From: Thermoproteota archaeon
Lineage (GTDB): Archaea; Thermoproteota; Thermoprotei; Thermofilales; B9-G17
Direction of reading: 5' to 3'
DNA: 64,000 nucleotides
Assembly: GCA_029258885.1 (NCBI GenBank)
Contig: JAPDJW010000002.1
Span: 288,001 to 352,000, forward strand
Shown: piece by piece, positions 32,417 through 42,148 of the stretch
How positions within the stretch are numbered: the first letter of the stretch is position 1
Layout: each line of letters begins with the position of its first letter
Notes under the pieces: model-generated
Seen by the model: the letters and a program-made list of their open reading frames with translations, nothing else
Told to the model about the DNA's origin: nothing
Databases searched by the model: none
Made by a program: the position numbers and the translations under genes

Positions 32417-33364
32417 ATGATGATTCTCTATCGTTTGGATAGTGCTTTGAAGCGTGTTAATTTGTTGGTTTCTCGTGTTGGGGTTTCTAGTGAGCTTAGG
32501 GGTTGGTGTTGGGATAGGCCTCCTGTTGAGCCTCCTGTTCATGGTGTTTATTTGCCGATTTATGAGCTTGCTAATAGGTATTGTGAGAGTATGCGTGATA
32601 TTTATTTGAGGTATGTTGAGGGTGTTGAGGTTAAGCCTAATGTTGCTATGGTTGAGGGTAGGGTTTATCATGAGGTTGTGAAATCTGTTCTTACACTTGC
32701 TAAGAAGGTTGTGTATGGCTTGGATATTGTTGAGGGCTTTAGGCTTCTTCAGATTATGTCTTCCAGGAGGAAAAGCTATCTTAATGGCATCTTGAAGTCC
32801 TGTTTGAAGCCTATTGATGCATCTGATGTTGAGAGTGAGGTTGCTAGGCTTAAGGCTAGGGCGTGTAATTTATGGAACTACTTGACGCTCTACGTCTCAT
32901 CTAACCTGGATTTGGTTAGGTCCCGCTATAGGACTATTGAGCTCGACTCTCTGGTTGCTCTCGCTATCCCCCATATTGTTGAGTTTAAGGTTGATGGTAC
33001 GTTGCTTGGTTTGAGCCGTGAGCTTTCTGTTGATGTATTTAATCCACAGAATGTTGTTCTCGAGATTAAGACGGGTAGGAGGATGCGTTTCCATAGGTTT
33101 GTTGTCGGAGGCTATGCTTTAGCTCTTGAGTCCGCTAATGAGGTTCCGGTTAATCTTGGCGCTGTAATGTACATACACTTTGATCAACGTAATCTGCCGG
33201 TTGTAACATTGAACTATCATTTCATTGGTGATGAGATTAGGAGGGATTTCCTGGAGCTTAGGGATACTGCTCTCGAGATAATCTATAATGAGAGAGATCC
33301 AGGACTCCCTCCAAAGTGCTACAAGTACTGTGTCTATAGGGAGTATTGTAGGGGAAGGCGTTGA
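32417..33364 (+). CDS. csa1: Cas4-like protein Csa1 (Cas4a)
   Basis: LRGWCWDRPPV, YCESMRDIYL, EIKTG, C-terminal CYKYCVYREYC. Confidence 0.9.
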   Translation: MMILYRLDSALKRVNLLVSRVGVSSELRGWCWDRPPVEPPVHGVYLPIYELANRYCESMRDIYLRYVEGVEVKPNVAMVEGRVYHEVVKSVLTLAKKVVYGLDIVEGFRLLQIMSSRRKSYLNGILKSCLKPIDASDVESEVARLKARACNLWNYLTLYVSSNLDLVRSRYRTIELDSLVALAIPHIVEFKVDGTLLGLSRELSVDVFNPQNVVLEIKTGRRMRFHRFVVGGYALALESANEVPVNLGAVMYIHFDQRNLPVVTLNYHFIGDEIRRDFLELRDTALEIIYNERDPGLPPKCYKYCVYREYCRGRR

Positions 33365-34389
33365 AGGTTCTCGTTGTTGAGAGGTATGGATGCTTTATCG
33401 GCTGTAGAAACGGTAAGGTCGTGGTTAGGAGTAAGCGTGAAAAGCTCGCCGAGGAGCCAGCCGTTAACTTGAGGGTTGTCCGCGTTAAATGTAGGGGTAC
33501 ATCTATTTCAGGGGATTTTATTAGGCTTGCTGTTAGACACGGTATTTTTACGGTTTTTACCTCTAGCTCTGGTAGGCCTATAGGTGTTGTAGCACCATTT
33601 ATTCCTAAGTCGAGTATTCTCGTCCGTAGGGAGCAGTATAAGGCCTATAGCGACTATAGGTGTATTGAGCTTGCGAGGGGCTTCATATATGGGAAGATAC
33701 ATAACCAGGAGAGCCTGCTTAGGAGCGTTATTAAGAGTAAACGTAGCCTGAATACGGGGGTAAAGCTTATTCTAGTGAGTACTATTGAGGAGTTAAGGGA
33801 TCTTAGGAACAGCCTATACGCTAGGAGTTTTAATGATGTACAGGAGGCTCGAACTGAAATATTGTCCATTGAGGCTATAGCTGCGGAGAAGTATTGGAGC
33901 TGCTGGAAGACGATACTTCCCGAGGAATTGGAGTTTCCGGGCAGGAGGAAGCGCTCCGATATGCCCGAGGATCCGGTTAACATTATGCTCAACTATCTGT
34001 ATTCGATTCTCGCCTCAGAGGTGTGGATAGCGTTGCTGGTATCTGGATTGGATCCGATAGCAGGCTTTCTACATATGGATAGCCCTAGGCGGCCTGGATT
34101 AGTATATGATTTGATGGAGGAGTTTAGAGCGCCGATTGTCGATAAGGTTGTTTTGAATATAGCGTTGAAGGAGGGTGGTTCACTTAAGTCCTGGATAGAT
34201 GATAGGATGAGGCTGACTAAGGAGGCACGTATGTTGCTGAGCAGTAGTATGCTGGAGAGGCTTGAGGTTAAGTACAGCTATGGTGGGGTTAAGCTGCCGT
34301 TTAGACTGCATATTTTAAGGCAGAGTAGGAAGATTGTACGTTATCTACGTGGAATGTCTCCACGATACGTCCCGTTTAGGTGGAAGTAG
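33361..34389 (+). CDS. cas1: Cas1 integrase
   Basis: IEAIAAEKYW, DPVNIMLNYLY, GFLH, LVYDLMEEFR. Confidence 0.96.
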   Translation: MKVLVVERYGCFIGCRNGKVVVRSKREKLAEEPAVNLRVVRVKCRGTSISGDFIRLAVRHGIFTVFTSSSGRPIGVVAPFIPKSSILVRREQYKAYSDYRCIELARGFIYGKIHNQESLLRSVIKSKRSLNTGVKLILVSTIEELRDLRNSLYARSFNDVQEARTEILSIEAIAAEKYWSCWKTILPEELEFPGRRKRSDMPEDPVNIMLNYLYSILASEVWIALLVSGLDPIAGFLHMDSPRRPGLVYDLMEEFRAPIVDKVVLNIALKEGGSLKSWIDDRMRLTKEARMLLSSSMLERLEVKYSYGGVKLPFRLHILRQSRKIVRYLRGMSPRYVPFRWK

Positions 34390-34686
34390 TTGGCTAGGGA
34401 AACCCTAGTTATATACGATATAAGCGATGACGGGTTAAGGCTTAAGGTAAGCAAGGTCTGCGAGTCGTTCGGCCTCGTTAGGATACAGAAGAGCGCGTTC
34501 TTGGGGAAGATGGAGAGTAGCTATAGGAAGGAGCTTATAGCTAAGCTTAGAATGTTGCTTAACAGGGAGGGGTGTGATAGGGACAATATACAGGTATTCG
34601 TCTTCAGCAGCCAATGCCTATGCGATAGGGTAATTATAGGCAGACAGTTCGGTGTAAAAGTTGAGGAGAGACTGCTATACATCTGA
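34390..34686 (+). CDS. cas2: Cas2
   Basis: LVIYDISDD, RIQKSAF. Confidence 0.95.
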   Translation: MARETLVIYDISDDGLRLKVSKVCESFGLVRIQKSAFLGKMESSYRKELIAKLRMLLNREGCDRDNIQVFVFSSQCLCDRVIIGRQFGVKVEERLLYI

Positions 34687-35269
34687 AATCCTAATCGATG
34701 TAACGGATGTAAAACAGTACTTCTTCTGCCCGAGAATAGTATACTTCAACCACGTATTAGGCTACTACGAGAGAACAACGGAAAGTGAGGTTGAGGGAAA
34801 GGAGGTACACGAGGAACTATGGAATAAGGAGAAAAGGAGAAAGACGATCCTGAAGAAGAGAAGACTAAGCGGCTACGAGAAGATATTCGGCTTAAGGCTC
34901 TACTCAAGAAGACTAAGGCTTAAGGGGATATTGGACTGCCTAGCATATAGGGATAAAGAGTACGTACCGATAGAGTATAAGGAGACAAACTATCCAGGAT
35001 ACCTACCTGCAAACCATAAGTATCAGCTAGTAGCCTACTCACTATTAGTCGATGAGACGTACAATACGATAGTCAGATACGGATATATATACTACTCAAA
35101 ATCCGATAAACTAGCTAAAGTAAAGCTAACGATCGATATGAAAAGATACGTTAGGGAAACAGTGGATAAGATAATTAATATAATTATTAATGAATATCTA
35201 CCACCTGTAAGAACTAGGAAAAGCCGATGCATAAACTGTGGATACTATAAAATATGCCAGAGAGTATAA
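34661..35269 (+). CDS. cas4: Cas4 nuclease
   Basis: DVKQYFFCPR, GILD, PIEYK, QLVAY, CINCGYYKIC. Confidence 0.95.
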   Translation: MRRDCYTSEILIDVTDVKQYFFCPRIVYFNHVLGYYERTTESEVEGKEVHEELWNKEKRRKTILKKRRLSGYEKIFGLRLYSRRLRLKGILDCLAYRDKEYVPIEYKETNYPGYLPANHKYQLVAYSLLVDETYNTIVRYGYIYYSKSDKLAKVKLTIDMKRYVRETVDKIINIIINEYLPPVRTRKSRCINCGYYKICQRV

Positions 35270-35400
35270 CATATTTTAAGCAGACGCCAGAATTATAGAC
35301 ATTATTAAAAGCCTAAATTTCAGTCAAGCTACTAAAGAACTTTAAGTTAATGCGTTTTAATAGGTAAGTATATTTAAGCAACCGTTTATTCATAGTGAAA

Positions 35401-35534
35401 TATTTAAAAAGAAAAACAATAATGCGTGCGCATTCTAACTCAGCATAGTACGAGATAGAAAACGGCACGGTATTTAAATAACTCGCAGAACGAAAATAAT
35501 GCTTAAATAATCAAAAGAGAAAAATAAACATAAT
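35401..35534 (+). promoter_or_regulatory. CRISPR leader of array 2
   Basis: AT-rich; homologous to leader 1 (CGTGCGCAT at 35425, AAAAGAGAAAAATAA near the first repeat). Confidence 0.85.
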
Positions 35535-38500
35535 GTGTATTTCAAGAGAATATTGAAAGCATATACATCACGATTCTCCTTACGTCTTTCAATTAAATAC
35601 TGTGTATTTCAAGAGAATATTGAAAGTCCTCAATCCAAGTCGGCCGTCCAACGTAGAATGGAATCGTGTATTTCAAGAGAATATTGAAAGTTCACGGAAC
35701 TGTGGATCCTCAACCAGAAGTTTCGGTATGTCGTGTATTTCAAGAGAATATTGAAAGCCAGCTCAAATGCCACATATGCGGTAAGGTGTTTGAGGGGGTG
35801 TATTTCAAGAGAATATTGAAAGCTTATAAACCTCCTCGACCGCCCCGGTTAAAGTGTTGGTGTATTTCAAGAGAATATTGAAAGGATATTTGGCACATAT
35901 CCTCTACAGCTTTAACGTATATGTCGTGTATTTCAAGAGAATATTGAAAGTCAAATTCCAGTAGTGCGAAAACTCCGGGGTCTCGGTGTATTTCAAGAGA
36001 ATATTGAAAGAAAACAGCTAGAGGGTCAGGGACATGATTAGTAGGCGTGTGTATTTCAAGAGAATATTGAAAGTACGCTTATCAGAGCGGTGTAGTCGCC
36101 GCCGTTTGTGAGTGTGGGTGTATTTCAAGAGAATATTGAAAGCTGCGCTTATGAATTCTTCTAGGAACTCACGTACCTTAGGTGTATTTCAAGAGAATAT
36201 TGAAAGCTATTCCATACAGCAACGAAGGGGAAAATACTATGCCAAGGTGTATTTCAAGAGAATATTGAAAGATGTATAATTATTTCTCCATCCACCCACC
36301 ATCACCCCGCATGGGTGTATTTCAAGAGAATATTGAAAGTCTTTTGAAAATAGATCAAACATACTTAATTTAAAGCCTTCTTTAGTGTATTTCAAGAGAA
36401 TATTGAAAGGCCATCACTCGTAATAGCCTGTATAGCTAGGCGGCCGTGTATTTCAAGAGAATATTGAAAGCTGAAACACTGTGCAATTTATCTTAAACGA
36501 AAATGCTAAAGTGTATTTCAAGAGAATATTGAAAGGCGTACTCGTACACGTTTACACTGTGCAATCTATTAAACGTGTATTTCAAGAGAATATTGAAAGA
36601 TCTATCCAGCGCCCTAAACTGATGCTCCGTAATATGGAGTGTATTTCAAGAGAATATTGAAAGTGTTTAATCATGATATCACTGAACTTTATTTTGTTGT
36701 CTCCGGTGTATTTCAAGAGAATATTGAAAGTCCTTAACGCTAATACGTTAGTTAGAGTCTCTGAACTTACTGTGTATTTCAAGAGAATATTGAAAGTAGA
36801 ATGCTTCTCAGCATCCGCCGACACTTCACAAGTGTATTTCAAGAGAATATTGAAAGGCGGGTAGCGTTTGCTCAAAAGTGATTTCTACATTAGTCCATTC
36901 GTGTATTTCAAGAGAATATTGAAAGTTATAACAAGCTGATTCGCTGAAGCATTAACAATAATCCTAGTGTATTTCAAGAGAATATTGAAAGTTTTTTAAT
37001 TGTTTGCGATAGCCGCGGCTAGAGCGATGGTGTATTTCAAGAGAATATTGAAAGAGGAAGGTTGAGACGCCGAGTAAAGAGATTGTTAGTGAGAAGTGTA
37101 TTTCAAGAGAATATTGAAAGCTCCCCGAAAACGATTTCCTCCATTATGCTTAGAATTAGGTGTATTTCAAGAGAATATTGAAAGTTATCATTCAATAGTG
37201 GCTTTAAACTAACAATAACAAATAGTGTATTTCAAGAGAATATTGAAAGGAATTATTTATACTCCGCCCCCACTTCTCCCGGACACGGCCGTGTATTTCA
37301 AGAGAATATTGAAAGTCTAACTTAACATGGACCTTAAGCGGTTTAAAGACTTGTGTATTTCAAGAGAATATTGAAAGCTTCAATAAGATAACGGACTATC
37401 GCTATTTCATCAAGTAGTGTATTTCAAGAGAATATTGAAAGTCTACTACGTCAACCCGGGCTTCATAATTGCGGATGCTAAGGCGTGTATTTCAAGAGAA
37501 TATTGAAAGGAGCTTATCGTAAATACGGCAAGGGGAATAGTAGCAACAGTGTATTTCAAGAGAATATTGAAAGGGACAGAATAAACCACCGCTACATCAA
37601 ACAATTCATAACAGTGTATTTCAAGAGAATATTGAAAGAGTTGTATAAATCTAATAATGCTAGAATATCTTCTCTCTTGTGTATTTCAAGAGAATATTGA
37701 AAGTGTATTGTTTCACCTGTGCTATTAACTACTTTAAGAGTGTATTTCAAGAGAATATTGAAAGTAAGTCGAAAACTGCATCGGCATTGAAAAACCACCT
37801 TGCATAGGTGTATTTCAAGAGAATATTGAAAGAGACACCGGCGGCGTACTCACTAACGTAGCAGCGCTTAAGTGTATTTCAAGAGAATATTGAAAGCCTA
37901 ATACCCAAACACACCACCCAATAAACCCAAAAACCCCAGTGTATTTCAAGAGAATATTGAAAGTATTATATCGGGGCTATGTGTATGGCCACCAGTCGGC
38001 GCGGGTGTATTTCAAGAGAATATTGAAAGATGGTAGAACTTTAATCTACCCACCAAAGGAGTATCAAAAGAAGTGTATTTCAAGAGAATATTGAAAGGTA
38101 ACACTCCAGCTGTCAACATAATCCCAATTAGGTGTATTTCAAGAGAATATTGAAAGTCTTTCTTAGCTTTTTTATTGCATCCTCTGGCTGCATAATAGTG
38201 TATTTCAAGAGAATATTGAAAGGTTCTAGTAACGGGCGTAGGTCATGGAAATCAAACGACTTTCAGTGTTATTTCAAGAGAATATTGAAAGGCAAGTGCT
38301 GATGCAAGCGGTGATTTCTACGTTACAGCAGAGTGTATTTCAAGAGAATATTGAAAGATCTATCTTGAGTACGCCCGGCATATATAATCACCCTTTCGTG
38401 TATTTCAAGAGAATATTGAAAGTTGAACCATCTTATCCACCTTTCAGCTTTTCAGTCTCAAGGTGTATTTCAAGAGAATATTGAAAGTTGGATGATTTAT

Positions 38501-39660
38501 ATAGCGATAAAAAGCTTATAGCAGTTTTTGGTGTATTTCAAGAGAATATTGAAAGAATCAGTATGATTATACGGGAAATGGAGATTGGTGGACTCCTAGT
38601 GTATTTCAAGAGAATATTGAAAGGCTATCTCCTTACCGAAATCAGTAAGCCTTATAATCCTAGGTGTATTTCAAGAGAATATTGAAAGAGTAATCTCGCT
38701 TATCTCCTCCATAAGCCAGACTAACATGTGTATTTCAAGAGAATATTGAAAGGTGTCCATTTTCGTGGCATACTATCACTTTTAACTTAAAAGTGTATTT
38801 CAAGAGAATATTGAAAGACAGTCCTGAAGCATTTCTATTTCCATCGCCTAGAAGTCCGTGTATTTCAAGAGAATATTGAAAGACCAAACCGGTCTCGTTT
38901 AGATAGTCGTAGAGATCCATTAGTGTATTTCAAGAGAATATTGAAAGTAACTGAGAGGGGGATGAGAGTGCTTGAGCTGGTTATTGAAAGTGTATTTCAA
39001 GAGAATATTGAAAGGGTGGCTGCTTTAATAGACCCAGACACGATTGAACGCTGTCGGTGTATTTCAAGAGAATATTGAAAGATACTTAAATATACGTTTT
39101 CGAAGGCATGTAATGTGCTAGGTGTATTTCAAGAGAATATTGAAAGCATACACTAGAGGTTACCAAACAAGGTTTCGAGCCATAGTGTATTTCAAGAGAA
39201 TATTGAAAGGAGATACAGTTGAGTGTCGTAGTATTCCAGTTCATCTGTATTTCAAGAGAATATTGAAAGCTTCCCCTGTAACTTTTTTCACGAAATCCTT
39301 AGCCCACCCGTGTATTTCAAGAGAATATTGAAAGGCCGCCGCAAAAGCCATGCATCCCGAACTCCCAGAAAGCTGGGTGTATTTCAAGAGAATATTGAAA
39401 GCGTCCACGACGAGCATCCCACGTACGTCTGTCCATTCTGCGTGTATTTCAAGAGAATATTGAAAGACTTATCTACTATATCTTTAAGAGGTCTGATTGC
39501 GACCATACGTGTATTTCAAGAGAATATTGAAAGTTTTGAACATGCCAGTTTCTTCCCGCATTCTCCCATGCCTAGAGTATTTCAAGAGAATATTGAAAGG
39601 TAATTAGGTTGCTTACGTAGCTGTTGCTGTAGCCCGAGTATTTCAGGAGAATATTGAAAG
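35535..39660 (+). CRISPR. CRISPR array 2: about 64 repeats and 63 spacers, plus a degenerate terminal repeat near 39696-39722
   Basis: 25-bp repeat GTGTATTTCAAGAGAATATTGAAAG; the last two repeats (39575, 39636) begin GAG. Confidence 0.99.
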
Positions 39661-39914
39661 TAAGCCTTCCAAGAGGCATTAAAACTGTATATCGATAGCA
39701 ATTTCAAAAGAATTATTGAATTTTCAAAATACAGTCATTACAAGTATAGTTAAGGTATGATTTTTGGCGTATATGTTAATGCTATGATTAGAGTACCTGA
39801 TATGTGGATATCTATAGATGGAGTGTAAAGATTGTTTGTTTAGTAGGGTATCAAATGTTTTAGACAAATATTCTTATCAGTTCCTATAGAATTGTAATAA
39901 TTGGGTATTGGCGA

Positions 39915-40607
39915 ATGGCTGAGGCAATTAATGAGGATATTTTTAGAGCCTTAGCTAATAAGCATAGAAGAACAATTGTAAAAGTATTGTTTGTTAGGGG
40001 ACCCTGTAGCTATTCCGAGCTTATGAGGGAGAGTGGATTTAAGATGGGTGAAAGTGGAAGATTTGCTTATCATCTTAATAGGTTATTGGATACTGGTTTG
40101 GTTAAGCAACTTAGAGATGGTAGGTATATGCTTACAAGGCTTGGAGATAAAGCCTATAGAATTCTTAAAGAGGAGGAGGAAAAAAGCAACTATGACATAA
40201 TAAATGCCCTAGAGGGAATAACTAGGAGAATAGATGAGGATAGATTTTTCCTCGGCGGTCTATTGCTTATCCCTGCACTCTTCATACTTATTATCGGTGT
40301 CACTAATCTAGCACTTATAATAATGGGTATCCCATACAGGGTCGTAGTCGGTGGTCAAGTCTTCTACAAACATCCTAACCTACCGTTAACAATAATGTAC
40401 TTAGCGGTGGGTATTCTTCTCCTTCCTCTATCCATAAGTATTCTTAGGTCCTCATCAAAGGAGCTTTCTATACTTGAACTCTTGATATACCAAAGATACC
40501 TATTCTTGTTCCTAGCTAGGACTCCTAAACTTAAAAAGTATTTGATAGGCTATCTAATGGTAGCGGCCCTGTGCGCGTTCATCATTCTCTTTCAGATTAT
40601 TATTTAA
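39915..40607 (+). CDS. ArsR-type winged-helix protein with C-terminal transmembrane helices
   Basis: IFRALANKHRRTI...YHLNRLLDTGLV, followed by three to four hydrophobic segments. Confidence 0.8.
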   Translation: MAEAINEDIFRALANKHRRTIVKVLFVRGPCSYSELMRESGFKMGESGRFAYHLNRLLDTGLVKQLRDGRYMLTRLGDKAYRILKEEEEKSNYDIINALEGITRRIDEDRFFLGGLLLIPALFILIIGVTNLALIIMGIPYRVVVGGQVFYKHPNLPLTIMYLAVGILLLPLSISILRSSSKELSILELLIYQRYLFLFLARTPKLKKYLIGYLMVAALCAFIILFQIII

Positions 40608-40883
40608 ATTATCCTGTAAGTTATGCTTCAGTAGGAGAAGTTATATGGAAATAGGGGAAAGTGGGGTGCTTCAATAATAGAGCATATATATAACGTGATT
40701 AACGAAAGAACGGCATTTCCAGCGATTATTAGATTCTAGTATGTTATAAAATTCATTAGTTTTAAGTTAGCGGAGAATTCGCCAATAAATTGTTTTATGT
40801 GGAAGGCAAGCTAGAGTATTATATGATTGATGTTTGGGTTATTTTTATTAGTGTTTTCGGTGTTTTTATTGCTGGCTGATACT

Positions 40884-41705
40884 ATGTTTTTGACTTATAC
40901 AGTTTTTAGGTTTATATTAAATAAGGATGTTATTTTGCCTAGGTTTACTGGAGGTATTGTTCTTTCTCTTGTTTTGAATCTTATCTCTATAGTTGATGAG
41001 GAGCTTGCTCGTAAGCTTCATGAGTCTAAGGCTGTTAAGCCCTACTCTGTTTCTCCCTTTATGTCTGGGGGTAGGGTTATTTTTCCACCTAAAAGTAGCT
41101 TTACCCATTTGTATGCTGGTAGAATGTATTCTTTTAGAGCCTGTTTTATCGGTGGCTTGGCTAGGACTATATTGGAGGCTTTCTCTATTCTACCAGAGGG
41201 TAGCGTTAAACTGATGAACGCCGACATGTATATTTCAGAGGTTGAGGTTAAGAGCTTAAGTTTTAGGGAGATTAAGCCTGTTGAGGCTAGCGGTGAAGGC
41301 GACGTTAAAGTAGTTTTCCTTACGCCTACTAGGTTTGCTGTTAGGAGAAGTAAGCCTATGAGGAAGCCTAAGTTCTCCCTGTTTCCAGCTCCCGAGAGGC
41401 TTTTCCACAGTATTGTTCATCACTGGAATAGTTTTGCTGGGGATAGAGTGTCGGAGCAGAAGTTCATTGACTGGGTTATAGATAACGTATACGAGGTCGA
41501 CTACCACACTAGATCCTGTAGCGTTGATATAGGTAAGGGGAGGAAGGCCGTAGGCTTTACGGGATATGTAATCTATAGGATTGAGGGATCTAAGTCTAAG
41601 AGGGACTTCGCATTAAAGCTACTAAGGTACGCGGAGTACGTCAACGTAGGCAATGCAAAATCAATGGGACTGGGAGTGGTAAGGATAGAGAAGCCCGTAA
41701 AGTAA
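40884..41705 (+). CDS. cas6: Cas6 endoribonuclease
   Basis: KPYSVSP, FLTPTRF, GFTG, C-terminal G-rich loop VGNAKSMGLG; start taken at ATG 40884. Confidence 0.93.
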   Translation: MFLTYTVFRFILNKDVILPRFTGGIVLSLVLNLISIVDEELARKLHESKAVKPYSVSPFMSGGRVIFPPKSSFTHLYAGRMYSFRACFIGGLARTILEAFSILPEGSVKLMNADMYISEVEVKSLSFREIKPVEASGEGDVKVVFLTPTRFAVRRSKPMRKPKFSLFPAPERLFHSIVHHWNSFAGDRVSEQKFIDWVIDNVYEVDYHTRSCSVDIGKGRKAVGFTGYVIYRIEGSKSKRDFALKLLRYAEYVNVGNAKSMGLGVVRIEKPVK

Positions 41706-42148
41706 TTGAAAGCCGAAATTTCTACTCCTTAAATTCACTTATGTAATTCCTTGGCATACCTACGTTAAAGGAGTAGAGTTTAATTATCTGAGGGATTCTT
41801 GAATGTCGGCTTAGTCTGTGGTCTGATGGTGTTAATTATCCTCTATCTATGACAAATGTACAGAAGATACGATTACTTTATTTCTTTTTCAATTTTATCT
41901 ATTAGTTCTTGTGCTTTATTTTCCAATTCTTCCGCTTTTCTTCTCATGTCTGCTGCCTGCTTGAGGAGGCTCTCTATAATCTGGAACATGAAGATGGTTT
42001 TCCAACACGTCTTAAACCGGTTGGGATGATTATCTGTCTATACCTATTGAATGTATTCAGGATTATAGGGAAGATTCTCCTCTATACTCTCTGCATGTAC
42101 ATATATAGAGATTCTTTAGTTGCGTTTGGCGTGGAGCTGACGATAACG

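Noticed and set aside
38948-38989. Spacer ending in TATTGAAA, like a repeat 3' end
   Set aside because: Normal 42-bp length and reads as plausible protein (TERGMRVLELVIE); probably chance.
18511-39603. Dozens of 60-175-aa ORFs with FNILLKYS, EYFKRILK or VFQENIE repeats
   Set aside because: They are translations of CRISPR repeats and spacers, not genes.
18028-39660. Self-targeting spacers against genes in this window
   Set aside because: None found by eye; a computational search is needed to exclude them.
40711-40735. Repeat-like 25-mer upstream of cas6 (about 15 of 25 identities)
   Set aside because: A rough binomial estimate gives about one such match expected in this AT-rich gap; no clear partner repeat.
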